From a phage, in sequence record PX063913.1: 44,574 bases of DNA; one strand, written 5' to 3'. This document shows, one piece after another, positions 17,538-26,122 of this stretch. The first letter of the stretch is position 1. Each line of letters begins with the position of its first letter. The notes beneath the pieces were generated by a model. It saw nothing but the letters and a program-made list of their open reading frames with translations, searched no databases and had not been told where the DNA came from. Position numbers and translations under genes: made by a program.

Positions 17538-17580
17538 ATATTGGTTGCATCCAGCCTGGCACCCTGCTATATTGGTTGCA
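17538..17580 (+). promoter_or_regulatory. Promoter-like region with two direct ATTGGTTGCA motifs
   Basis: ATATTGGTTGCAT ... TATATTGGTTGCA; TTGCAT, 17-nt spacer, TATATT fits a sigma70 promoter 20-50 nt upstream of the gene at 17601. Confidence 0.45.
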
Positions 17581-17600
17581 CACCAACAGGAGGGCGGAAC

Positions 17601-17780
17601 ATGAAAACCGAAATGGTTAATAAGCGCGAAATCAAGATCGGCGATACGGTAGTCCACAACGGGGAGCTTCGCACTGTGTGCAAGCGAGCGTTTAGCATAG
17701 ATGAATTTATGGGCCTGCTACTTTGGGGCGACAGCTATCGTTTAGGGCATAAACTGGTTGAGAGGGTTACGGAACTATGA
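17601..17780 (+). CDS. Hypothetical small protein
   Basis: ATG at 17601 preceded by AGGAGG; 59 aa; the track ORF extends upstream into the promoter. Confidence 0.55.
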   Translation: MKTEMVNKREIKIGDTVVHNGELRTVCKRAFSIDEFMGLLLWGDSYRLGHKLVERVTEL

Positions 17781-18103
17781 AAGCGATTATCTGGAATTAC
17801 GCAATGGCTATGGCGGCGGCACAAGAAGCGGCGGAGTTCGCCGGTGAAGGAGCGGAAGCGGTCGAAAGACTAGCGGCAGCGTGGTCCGTTGTTCGCGTCA
17901 CGCAGCAGGCCATCGCCTGTATGCTTGAGCGCCGCTTCGACACGATGGCGGAGATCCAGCCGTTGGCGAACGCTATCCAGGACTACGCGCTTGCATTTGC
18001 CCGTGAACGCCTGGCGTATCGCTTCGGGATCGGCGAGACGGCAGTGACAAACGTTGCCAGGATTAAAGCCCAGCGGGAGCTATTCGCCAAGCTTGCGAAA
18101 TAA
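17777..18103 (+). CDS. Hypothetical protein
   Basis: 108-aa ORF coupled by ATGA overlap to the upstream gene. Confidence 0.5.
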   Translation: MKAIIWNYAMAMAAAQEAAEFAGEGAEAVERLAAAWSVVRVTQQAIACMLERRFDTMAEIQPLANAIQDYALAFARERLAYRFGIGETAVTNVARIKAQRELFAKLAK

Positions 18104-18112
18104 GAGGCCAAA

Positions 18113-18382
18113 ATGACCCGTAGACGCGCAAAACAGCTTTCGTGGCATATCCCCCTGCATTGCATACGAATATGGGCTAAGAATGCGAATGCGGGGGACT
18201 CTGTGTACTGGTGCTATCGCGACGACGTTAAGCCGTTGACGCAGACTCGCTACTTGCACCAGTTCGCCGCGCAACACGATTTCAGGGTGCGGACTTCCTT
18301 GCAACCAATGGGGATTCGTATTACATTACGCCGGAAGCCCGCCGTTGAGCGGGCAGGCAAACACTGGAGACTGAGAAAATGA
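18113..18382 (+). CDS. Hypothetical protein
   Basis: 89-aa ORF, AAGAGG upstream; C-terminus HWRLRK. Confidence 0.5.
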   Translation: MTRRRAKQLSWHIPLHCIRIWAKNANAGDSVYWCYRDDVKPLTQTRYLHQFAAQHDFRVRTSLQPMGIRITLRRKPAVERAGKHWRLRK

Positions 18383-18723
18383 TTCGAGTAACCGCACGCC
18401 ACGAGCAGTCGGGGTCCACTTATGACCTTATCGACGTTCGCGGTGCGTTCATCATATTCGGACGGGGCGACGACCGCATGGCGCTGCCGATCGGCATGCT
18501 GAGCGCATACGACTATTTCAAGCATAACGTTCGGTGTGGCGACGTGCTGCGCGACAAGCACACTGGCGAACTATGGACCGTGGCGAGTATTTGGGTGAAA
18601 GACAAACGGCAGCACACGCTACTGCTTGCCCGCCCGGATGGCAAACAGCAAACTATTAACACGATTGGCCTGGTGGACTACACCCGCGTAGGCCGTAACG
18701 CAACCTGGAGACTGAGCAAATGA
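18379..18723 (+). CDS. Hypothetical protein (paralog family)
   Basis: 114 aa; shares GDVLRD...W.V...GLV.Y.RVGR with the gene at 18860; ATGA coupling. Confidence 0.5.
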   Translation: MIRVTARHEQSGSTYDLIDVRGAFIIFGRGDDRMALPIGMLSAYDYFKHNVRCGDVLRDKHTGELWTVASIWVKDKRQHTLLLARPDGKQQTINTIGLVDYTRVGRNATWRLSK

Positions 18724-18863
18724 CACCAGCACTAATGGAGGGATTCTCGCAGAAGTTTATTTCTGTTGATGCCTGCCTAGCAGATTATGAGATGGACGGC
18801 ATCGCTACTGTGTGCGATGGCGACACGAAAACTGCCGATGAGATTGAGGAGACAGAACAATGA
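18720..18863 (+). CDS. Small hypothetical protein (not in ORF track)
   Basis: 47-aa ORF with ATGA overlaps at both ends; GGAGA upstream. Confidence 0.4.
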   Translation: MTPALMEGFSQKFISVDACLADYEMDGIATVCDGDTKTADEIEETEQ

Positions 18864-19390
18864 AATTACTATTCCGCCGCAAATCAGACGGCAAAATCCT
18901 TAGACCAATACAGACCCTTGCGGCACACGTCCGCTTACACCACGCCGCGAGTGATCGGGTTTGGTGGGCGAGTAAGGCAAAGCTGTCGGAGAATTACGAT
19001 ATAGTCACGCATGATATCGAGCGCGGCGATGTGCTGCGTGATATTCGCGACGGCAGTATGTGGATCGTCGAGTATGTCGGGCTTCATGGCCTGCGTATGC
19101 AATCCCGCAAGGATGGCGTCGCCGGTATGACTTACTTCGGCCTTGTCAACTACGAACGAGTGGGCCGCAAATACAGCCTTCGTGACCGCCAGCCGCATGA
19201 GCGCGGTGCAGCCTACGACGCAAGCCAGGTGCAAGCGAAGATGGGCAACGCAGTACGCCAAATCGTCAATCGCTTTGATGCCGTGACGAAAGCACAGCGC
19301 CAGGCTGAGGAGTATGGCGTTGGATTCATCCGCGTCGAACCAGACGGCAGCATGAACGCCATCGACCCGCGCTCGGTGATTCTGAAATGA
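18860..19390 (+). CDS. Hypothetical protein (paralog family)
   Basis: 176 aa; GGAGACAGAACA upstream of the ATG; shares a domain with 18379-18723. Confidence 0.5.
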   Translation: MKLLFRRKSDGKILRPIQTLAAHVRLHHAASDRVWWASKAKLSENYDIVTHDIERGDVLRDIRDGSMWIVEYVGLHGLRMQSRKDGVAGMTYFGLVNYERVGRKYSLRDRQPHERGAAYDASQVQAKMGNAVRQIVNRFDAVTKAQRQAEEYGVGFIRVEPDGSMNAIDPRSVILK

Positions 19391-19533
19391 GTGCGGCGAT
19401 CCGTGATATGCTTCAGCACAACCGCTTCGAGATAGGCGGTCGGGTATTTCGCAATTACTTCGTGGCGCGTGCATGGGCGCGCCATATTGGCAAACCGGAA
19501 GGGGCAATTCGATGCTATACGTCTTCGCGGTAG
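19387..19533 (+). CDS. Small hypothetical protein (not in ORF track)
   Basis: 48-aa ORF starting in an ATGA overlap with the upstream stop. Confidence 0.3.
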   Translation: MSAAIRDMLQHNRFEIGGRVFRNYFVARAWARHIGKPEGAIRCYTSSR

Positions 19534-19613
19534 TATGTGGTGGCAGTCTGGCGGCCCTGGTGCTGTTGGCGTCGGTTATTAGTCTGGTTAAATACCTATG
19601 GGGCAGATTATGA
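19512..19613 (+). CDS. Small hydrophobic peptide (not in ORF track)
   Basis: 33-aa ORF MLYVFAVVCGGSLAALVLLASVISLVKYLWGRL with GGAAGGGG upstream; stop overlaps the next start. Confidence 0.3.
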   Translation: MLYVFAVVCGGSLAALVLLASVISLVKYLWGRL

Positions 19614-19897
19614 TTCATGATGTGATTTATTGGTTTGGTATGGCCAGCATGTTATGCCTGGTTACGGGAGTGCTGGGCGCAATATGGGTATTCCTGGTAT
19701 GGCCCGCCGTGGAAGCCGCCAGCATTACCCGCATGACGTTCGAAATATACAAGCGCCGTGGAATCACGGAGCACCCGACCAGGTTGCGCATGTGGTGGCT
19801 GTGGTATCGGGATATGATAGGCGGTCGAACATTCGAAGCCGTCCGATCATCCAGGTGGGAGTGGAAAGGCGTCGGCAAGTGGTCCATTTTCGATTAA
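19610..19897 (+). CDS. Membrane protein
   Basis: Hydrophobic segments; start taken at ATG 19610 (track ORF begins 19598). Confidence 0.45.
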   Translation: MIHDVIYWFGMASMLCLVTGVLGAIWVFLVWPAVEAASITRMTFEIYKRRGITEHPTRLRMWWLWYRDMIGGRTFEAVRSSRWEWKGVGKWSIFD

Positions 19898-19914
19898 TTA
19901 TGCAAGCGTGATAT

Positions 19915-19949
19915 AGTCCCAGTGAGCTAAAACTTACTGGGACTTTTTT
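19915..19949 (+). terminator. Rho-independent terminator
   Basis: Perfect 9-bp stem AGTCCCAGT/ACTGGGACT with 11-nt loop, followed by T6 directly abutting the holin ATG. Confidence 0.6.
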
Positions 19950-20240
19950 ATGGATAAGCTAAACGAGTGGCTATTCGCCCTAGCATGTCTGGCGGGTGGC
20001 TTCGTAGGCGCACGCATTCATGGTGAGGCTACGAAGGGGCCGCTAAACTTCGTTTTGTATGTGGTAGTCGGCTTCCTGTGTGCCATATTTGGCGCACCGG
20101 CTATTGCCGAGTGGGCTGGTTTGTCGGGTGAGCGCACTGTCGCCGGTTTGGGCTTCGTAACCGCAATCTTCTGGATGCCAATCGCCGACCGGATCAGGGA
20201 GACTATTGCGTCGTTCCGACTTCCGGGGGGTGCAAAATGA
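19950..20240 (+). CDS. Holin-like membrane protein
   Basis: 96 aa with three predicted hydrophobic helices, immediately upstream of the endolysin. Confidence 0.55.
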   Translation: MDKLNEWLFALACLAGGFVGARIHGEATKGPLNFVLYVVVGFLCAIFGAPAIAEWAGLSGERTVAGLGFVTAIFWMPIADRIRETIASFRLPGGAK

Positions 20241-20482
20241 TTATCTCCGTCCTGTTGTTTGTTATCATCGGGGCTTCGTCCCTGTTTAACGTGTATGCGC
20301 CGTCCGTCCAGGATGGCATTTTCGGTCGGGTGCTGTATCTGCTAACGGCAATGATCTGTATTATTGGACTGTTGCAAACCGGAGACGTATCTGATACCAC
20401 CTGGACCGCGTTAATCTGGCTGTTTGCATTGCGCACCCTGCGTAATGCTGTTTTGAATGGGGTAAAACATGCGATTCAGTGA
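20237..20482 (+). CDS. Second small membrane protein (holin or antiholin candidate)
   Basis: 81 aa with multiple hydrophobic helices; GGGGGG RBS; overlaps the endolysin start. Confidence 0.45.
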   Translation: MIISVLLFVIIGASSLFNVYAPSVQDGIFGRVLYLLTAMICIIGLLQTGDVSDTTWTALIWLFALRTLRNAVLNGVKHAIQ

Positions 20483-20960
20483 CAACGGTCTAAGATTCAC
20501 GGCAGCATGGGAGGCTTTCAGCCCGGTGCCGTATTTCGCGACCAAGAAAGAGCAGGCCCGCGGCCTGTACACCTGGGGTTATGGTCATACCGGCACTAAT
20601 CCGCCTCGAAGCATTACCCGCGAGGAAGCGCTGGCACTGCTCAAGCGCGATGTGGCGTATGCCGAGGATTGGGTGAACAAATACGCTCATAAGAGCATTA
20701 ACCAGGCGCAATTTGACGCGCTGGTGGACCTGGTAATCAACGCCGGTCCTGGTCCGATCGTACCGGATGACGTCGCGAATGATTTCGATGATGCGGTACG
20801 GTTGGGCGACTGGGCGAAGGTCCGTGCTACGCTGCCGCTGTTCCGCAAGCAAGGCGGGGAAGTGCTCAAGGGTCTGGTGCGCCGTGCGATCGGCAGACAG
20901 GCGTTGTTTGATGGCAAGCAGTGGGACGTTGCCGAGCGAATCGGTCGTAACGCTGCATAA
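20469..20960 (+). CDS. Endolysin, GH24 lysozyme-like
   Basis: FTAAWEAFSPVPYF...GLYTWGYGHTGT matches the phage lysozyme (T4-type muramidase) catalytic region. Confidence 0.75.
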   Translation: MRFSDNGLRFTAAWEAFSPVPYFATKKEQARGLYTWGYGHTGTNPPRSITREEALALLKRDVAYAEDWVNKYAHKSINQAQFDALVDLVINAGPGPIVPDDVANDFDDAVRLGDWAKVRATLPLFRKQGGEVLKGLVRRAIGRQALFDGKQWDVAERIGRNAA

Positions 20961-20976
20961 TACGAGGTGACACAAT

Positions 20977-21144
20977 ATGTTGAAAAGTATTCTTGATCAT
21001 AATGCGGACGCGCTTGCCGCACTGGCTAAAACCGAAGATCCGGGCGCACGCGCTATCATCGCGGACACTATCAGCCACGCTGGGGTCTTTGACGCGAAGC
21101 TGCCAAGCCCGCCACCGCCGGAAGAACCAGGCCCAGCGGCCTAA
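20977..21144 (+). CDS. Small hypothetical protein (not in ORF track)
   Basis: 55-aa ORF with GAGGTGA RBS, proline-rich C-terminus, followed by a terminator. Confidence 0.4.
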   Translation: MLKSILDHNADALAALAKTEDPGARAIIADTISHAGVFDAKLPSPPPPEEPGPAA

Positions 21145-21150
21145 ACACGA

Positions 21151-21176
21151 AGCCCGGTTAATTCCGGGCTTTTTAT
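21151..21176 (+). terminator. Rho-independent terminator
   Basis: AGCCCGG-ttaatt-CCGGGCT followed by TTTT. Confidence 0.65.
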
Positions 21177-21177
21177 T

Positions 21178-21218
21178 GCTTGACTCGCAACCAACATAGG
21201 GGCCATACTGCAACCAAT
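21178..21218 (+). promoter_or_regulatory. Promoter-like region with two TGCAACCAA motifs
   Basis: TTGACT then CGCAACCAAC and TGCAACCAAT upstream of the small ORF at 21239. Confidence 0.4.
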
Positions 21219-21238
21219 CAACGAGAGGAGTAATCAAG

Positions 21239-21319
21239 ATGGCACGTAAAGATATTTGGGTATTAGCGATCTGGACCACCGCGGCTTTTATCGGCATGGT
21301 TATTTGCGAATTGATATAG
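21239..21319 (+). CDS. Small hydrophobic peptide (not in ORF track)
   Basis: 26-aa ORF MARKDIWVLAIWTTAAFIGMVICELI with strong GAGAGGAG RBS. Confidence 0.4.
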   Translation: MARKDIWVLAIWTTAAFIGMVICELI

Positions 21320-21380
21320 CCCGCCGCCATATGGACCGTGGTATATTGTCCACGGTCCACTAATCAGGGATTAATTAAAT

Positions 21381-22523
21381 ATGCACCCGCAAACTAAAAT
21401 TACCGATGAGCAATTGATCGCAGAAATTCAGGCAGGGACTACGGTTAAAGAGATTGCGAAGAAATACGGCATTGCACTTCGAAATGTCTACATGCGAAAA
21501 GCCCGCCTGTCGAAGAAAGGGATTGGTCACGGTAACGATGCCGTAATCCGTAAGCGCGTTGCCGATGGCTTTGGCGTTAAGCGCGTATCCGCCCTGGTGC
21601 GCGGCAATGGCGAAGAGGTCATGTCGTGGGTTATCACTGAGCAGGACAAGGAGCGACAGCTTGAAGCAATGCGCGCCGTTGTCGATGGCATGAACAGCGA
21701 AATCACACCGGCAGCACCAGTAAGCGCCACGCCTATCCCGATCCAGGCACTTGACCTACTCAACCTGTACACCGTGTCCGACTTCCACCTGGGCATGTTG
21801 GCATGGGGTGAGGAGACTGGCGAGGACTGGGATATGGCAATCGCTGAAGACTTGTTTTACCGCTGGTTTGTCGAAGCCTTCGCCCGCGCACCCGACGCGG
21901 GAACTGCCGTTATCAATATCCTCGGAGATATGGCCCACTTTGATAGCCTCGACGCCGTCACACCAGCAAGCGGTCACGTACTGGACGCCGACACCAGATA
22001 CCAGAAGTTGGTCCGCTATATGATCCGCATGGTGCGCAACGTGGTAGACCTGGCGCTGCAAAAACACCACAAAGTCAAACTGCTAATCGTCCAGGGTAAT
22101 CATGACGAATCGGGTATGATTTGGCTTGCTGAGATGTTCAACACGCTGTACGAGAACGAGCCGCGCGTCGATGTGGACACGTCCCCGGACGTCTACAAAA
22201 TGGTGCAGCACGGTAAGACCACGCTATTTTTCCACCACGGGCACAAAGCGCGATTCGATGCTATCGAGCAGGTTATGATCGCTAAATTCAGACAGGCTTT
22301 CGGATCCAGTGAGTACAGCTACGCGCACGTAGGCCATTTGCACCACCAGAAGATTGTCGAGTCCCGCAACATGATTGTTGAGCAGCACAGGACGCTCGCA
22401 GCGAAAGACGCCTACGCCAGCCGTGGTGGTTGGATGAGCGGTCGCAGCGCAAACGTCATCACCTACAGCGCCAACTACGGCGAAGTAGCGCGCTTAACCA
22501 TTAGCCCGGAAATGTTGAAGTAA
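21381..22523 (+). CDS. HTH domain fused to calcineurin-like metallophosphoesterase
   Basis: N-terminal TVKEIAKKYGIALRNVYMRKARL (HTH-like); phosphoesterase motifs LGDMAHFD, VQGNHDES, FHHGH. Confidence 0.6.
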   Translation: MHPQTKITDEQLIAEIQAGTTVKEIAKKYGIALRNVYMRKARLSKKGIGHGNDAVIRKRVADGFGVKRVSALVRGNGEEVMSWVITEQDKERQLEAMRAVVDGMNSEITPAAPVSATPIPIQALDLLNLYTVSDFHLGMLAWGEETGEDWDMAIAEDLFYRWFVEAFARAPDAGTAVINILGDMAHFDSLDAVTPASGHVLDADTRYQKLVRYMIRMVRNVVDLALQKHHKVKLLIVQGNHDESGMIWLAEMFNTLYENEPRVDVDTSPDVYKMVQHGKTTLFFHHGHKARFDAIEQVMIAKFRQAFGSSEYSYAHVGHLHHQKIVESRNMIVEQHRTLAAKDAYASRGGWMSGRSANVITYSANYGEVARLTISPEMLK

Positions 22524-22544
22524 CGGCAACCCATAAGCCTCCAA

Positions 22545-22569
22545 GCCCGCCGATTTGGTGGGCTTTTTT
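22545..22569 (+). terminator. Rho-independent terminator
   Basis: GCCCGCC-gattt-GGTGGGC (one G-U pair) followed by T6. Confidence 0.55.
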
Positions 22570-22653
22570 GTGCCTGTTATAATCCACCTTAGATGGCAGG
22601 GCCGTCTCCTATGTTGCCGATGGTCGGCGCATATGAACAAAAGGGCTTATATC

Positions 22654-23205
22654 ATGGCAGAAATCAAAGTTAAGGGCCGACGCGCCAAACTGGACGGACG
22701 AGTAGCAGTAACCCCGCGCCGTAAACCAGGCGAGCAAACCGAGCATACCAATCTCGGACCTGAAATCGAGTACGGAAAGCGCCGTAAAGGCGGCAAATGT
22801 GGACGCCCTACTGACTACCGATCCGTTTACTGCGACCAGCTTCGCCGCTATTTTGCCGACGCCGACGCCTGGCAGGTCAACTACTCCGATAAAGGCGCTG
22901 CGCAAGTAATCCCACGCAACAAAATGCCAACCTTCGGGCGATTTGCCGCGGAAATCGGCGTGGGCGTCGCTTGCCTGTATCGCTGGGCGCGTGCGCATGA
23001 GGAGTTTGCCGAGGCGATGGCGGACGCAATGGAACTGCAGAAAACCTTCCTGATGGAAGCTGGCGGGGTGACCATCGCGGCGGGCTTCGCTACATTCCTG
23101 CTTAAAGCAAACCACGGCGTCCGCGACGATGTCCCGCTGGATGACGACGAAGATGATAACGGCGACGTCGTTGTCGAACCTACCGGCAAAGGCCAGGGCG
23201 AATAA
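22654..23205 (+). CDS. terS: Terminase small subunit
   Basis: Start taken at MAEIKV (ATG 22654), downstream of the terminator; FGRFAAEIGVGVACLYRWARAHEEFAEAMADAMELQK resembles TerS; directly precedes TerL. Confidence 0.7.
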   Translation: MAEIKVKGRRAKLDGRVAVTPRRKPGEQTEHTNLGPEIEYGKRRKGGKCGRPTDYRSVYCDQLRRYFADADAWQVNYSDKGAAQVIPRNKMPTFGRFAAEIGVGVACLYRWARAHEEFAEAMADAMELQKTFLMEAGGVTIAAGFATFLLKANHGVRDDVPLDDDEDDNGDVVVEPTGKGQGE

Positions 23206-24590
23206 TGCGTAACTATGCGGCAGAACACCGCGCACTGGAACGCGCGATCGCAAAGCGCAACAGACCACCACGCCCGACACGCGTTGCGCAGGCGGTGCGT
23301 CTTTACCAGCCTGATTGCTTGCCGCACCAGGTTGAACTATTGCGCGACACAAAGACTAAAATCCTCGGCCTGTGCTCTGGCTTCGGCGGCGGCAAGTCAT
23401 GGGTCGCAGCCCGTAAGGTAATCCAGCTTTTAACCCTGAACCCTGGTCATGATGGCATCGTTACAGAGCCGACTATTCCACTCCTGGTTAAGATCATGTA
23501 CCCGGAATTGGAAAAGGCTTTCGACGAGGCTGGCTTCCGGTGGAAGTTCAACAAGCAGGACAAGATCTATAGCGTTCTGGTGAAAGGCAAATGGACTCGC
23601 GTTATCTGTGAGTCGATGGAGAACTATACCCGCCTGATCGGGGTTAACGCCGCGTGGATTGTTGCCGATGAGTTCGACACCACGAAGCAAGACGTCGCAA
23701 TGGCGGCGTATCACAAATTGCTCGGTCGTCTGCGTGCGGGCGTGGTCCGTCAGTTTGTCATCGTGTCCACGCCGGAAGGCTTCCGGGCGATGTATCAAAT
23801 TTTCGAGGTGGAGAAGGATAGCCAGAAACGTTTGATCCGGGCGAAGACCACGGACAACCACCATTTACCGGCAGACTTTATCGACACGCTGCGCAGTCAG
23901 TACCCGGCTAACCTGATCGACGCGTACCTGAACGGCCTATTTGTTAACCTTACGTCGGGCGCGGTGTACAAGATGTTTAATCGCGAGGAGAACGCCAGCA
24001 CCGAAGAAGTACAACCGGAAGACACGCTGATTATCGGTATGGACTTTAACGTCACGAAAATGGCGGCGGTCGTGTACGTCAGACGGCAGCGTACCACCGA
24101 GAACAAGGAGTTCCGCGACGAGATTCACGCCGTGGATGAATTCGTGGACCTGTTTGATACCCCGGCTATGATTGAAGCGATCGAGGAGCGCTACCCCGAT
24201 CATTGCGCTGCCGGTCGTGTTGTCGTGTATCCGGATAGCAGCGGCAAATCCCGCAAAACGGTTAACGCTTCGTCGTCCGATATCGCGCAACTGGAAGATG
24301 CGGGCTTCGAGGTGGAATACGACAGCGTTAACCCGCCTGTGAAAGACCGATTGATCGCGATGAATACGATGATGTGCAACTCGAAGGGCGTGCGCCAGTA
24401 TTTTGTCAACCTGGATAAATGCCCTACACTAGCGAAATGTCTGGAACAGCAGGTGTACGACCTGAAGAAAGGCGAGCCGGATAAAACCGCCGGGGTGGAC
24501 CACATGAACGATGCCGCGGGCTACCCTATTGCGCACTTGTTCCCTGTGATTCGTCCGATCGCCGTTGTTCCAACTGTAGACTTCTACTAA
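23205..24590 (+). CDS. terL: Terminase large subunit
   Basis: Walker A-like LCSGFGGGKSW, Walker B WIVADEFD, C-terminal nuclease-like region; 461 aa. Confidence 0.9.
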   Translation: MRNYAAEHRALERAIAKRNRPPRPTRVAQAVRLYQPDCLPHQVELLRDTKTKILGLCSGFGGGKSWVAARKVIQLLTLNPGHDGIVTEPTIPLLVKIMYPELEKAFDEAGFRWKFNKQDKIYSVLVKGKWTRVICESMENYTRLIGVNAAWIVADEFDTTKQDVAMAAYHKLLGRLRAGVVRQFVIVSTPEGFRAMYQIFEVEKDSQKRLIRAKTTDNHHLPADFIDTLRSQYPANLIDAYLNGLFVNLTSGAVYKMFNREENASTEEVQPEDTLIIGMDFNVTKMAAVVYVRRQRTTENKEFRDEIHAVDEFVDLFDTPAMIEAIEERYPDHCAAGRVVVYPDSSGKSRKTVNASSSDIAQLEDAGFEVEYDSVNPPVKDRLIAMNTMMCNSKGVRQYFVNLDKCPTLAKCLEQQVYDLKKGEPDKTAGVDHMNDAAGYPIAHLFPVIRPIAVVPTVDFY

Positions 24591-24601
24591 GGAAACCGAC
24601 C

Positions 24602-26122
24602 ATGACCGTTAACGTTGACAACCAGCACCCGCTCTATGCTCGCATCGCGCCAGAGTGGAAAATGATCCGTGACTGCGTAGCAGGGGAGCGCGCCGTGAAG
24701 GCGTGCGGGCCATTGTACCTGCCACACCCAGCCAGCGGCGACACTACCGACCCGAAATCGCGTGCGCGCTATAAGGCGTATAAGCAACGTGCAGTCTTCC
24801 TTAACGCCACTGCCCGCACACTGAATGCACTGTTAGGCGTCGCCTTCGCCAAACCGGTGAGTATGGACCTTTCCGGGGCAATGGCTGACCTGATCGAAGA
24901 CGTAGACGGCAGCGGGATGCCCCTGGCGCAACTCCTGCGCGGCGCTATGTCGGAAGTGCTGCAATCAGGCCGTGCCGGGTTTATGGTCGACTACGACCGC
25001 CAGGCGCATTTTGACGAACTGGGTAACGTAGTACCGCAGACCGCCGCTGAAATGGCAGCACACCGCCCGCTTATCCGCCTGTATACGGCTGAACAGATCA
25101 TCAACTGGCGGCAGACCCACGGCGTCGATACGCTAATAGTGCTGAAGGAGACGGACGAAATCAGCACCGAAGACCCGGACGACTTCGCAAACCACGAAGT
25201 AACGATCTGGACCGAGCTTCGCATGATTGCAGGTAAGGCCCACGCCCGCCGCTGGTTTTACAATGCGGACACGTCAGAAGTGCAAATGGACTTGCCGCGA
25301 GGATTCACCCGCACCGATCTCGTACCGCTGGTGGATGCTGCCGGTAATGCGCTTACTCAACTGCCATTTTGCTGGTGTGGTGCTGTGGACAACAACGCGA
25401 CGCCGGACGCCGCACCGCTGGCGGATATTGCGTCCATCAACATTAAGCACTACAACGCCGAAGCAGACGTCGCCGAGATTGCGCACATTGTGGGCCAACC
25501 TACACTCATTGCGACCGGTCTGACCCAATCATGGGCGGATAAAAACCTGAAGGGTGGCATCGCGCTCGGGGCAACTAAGGGCGTTATCCTGGGCCAGAAC
25601 ATGGACGCTAAACTGCTTCAGGCGGAGGAGAGAAACCTGTCAGTTGCGCTGTGTGAGCGACGCGAGTTGCAAATGGCTAAACTGGGCGCGGCCCTGGTCG
25701 AGAAGGGGACCGCACCTAAGACGGCAACTGAAGCGGCCTACGATGCGCAGACTGATAACAGTATCCTGTCACTGATTGCCGGTAACGTTGAGAAGGCTTT
25801 CAACCGTGCGCTGCAGATCGTCAAGCTGTTCACGGGAGACACCGCAGATCAACGTGTAACGCTGAATAAGTTCTACACCGAAATCACGGTTGACGCGCAG
25901 CTTATGACCGCAATGATGGCTGGTGTGCAGACCGGTACGGTCCGTCTGGCGGACTTTATCAAGTGGATGATGGCCCAGGGCGTTATTGACGACTCGCAAA
26001 CCGTCGAGCAGGTGGAAGACGAACTGCGAAATCAGAATCCATTGCCTCAAATGTCCCCGGATGCGGTAGAATCGACCGAAGAAGCCCCGGACAAGGTAGC
26101 GGACAATGGCGAAGACAATTAA
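24602..26122 (+). CDS. Portal protein
   Basis: 506 aa immediately after TerL; N-terminal YARIAPEWKMIRDCVAGERAVKACGPLYLPHP resembles DUF4055-type portals. Confidence 0.75.
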   Translation: MTVNVDNQHPLYARIAPEWKMIRDCVAGERAVKACGPLYLPHPASGDTTDPKSRARYKAYKQRAVFLNATARTLNALLGVAFAKPVSMDLSGAMADLIEDVDGSGMPLAQLLRGAMSEVLQSGRAGFMVDYDRQAHFDELGNVVPQTAAEMAAHRPLIRLYTAEQIINWRQTHGVDTLIVLKETDEISTEDPDDFANHEVTIWTELRMIAGKAHARRWFYNADTSEVQMDLPRGFTRTDLVPLVDAAGNALTQLPFCWCGAVDNNATPDAAPLADIASINIKHYNAEADVAEIAHIVGQPTLIATGLTQSWADKNLKGGIALGATKGVILGQNMDAKLLQAEERNLSVALCERRELQMAKLGAALVEKGTAPKTATEAAYDAQTDNSILSLIAGNVEKAFNRALQIVKLFTGDTADQRVTLNKFYTEITVDAQLMTAMMAGVQTGTVRLADFIKWMMAQGVIDDSQTVEQVEDELRNQNPLPQMSPDAVESTEEAPDKVADNGEDN

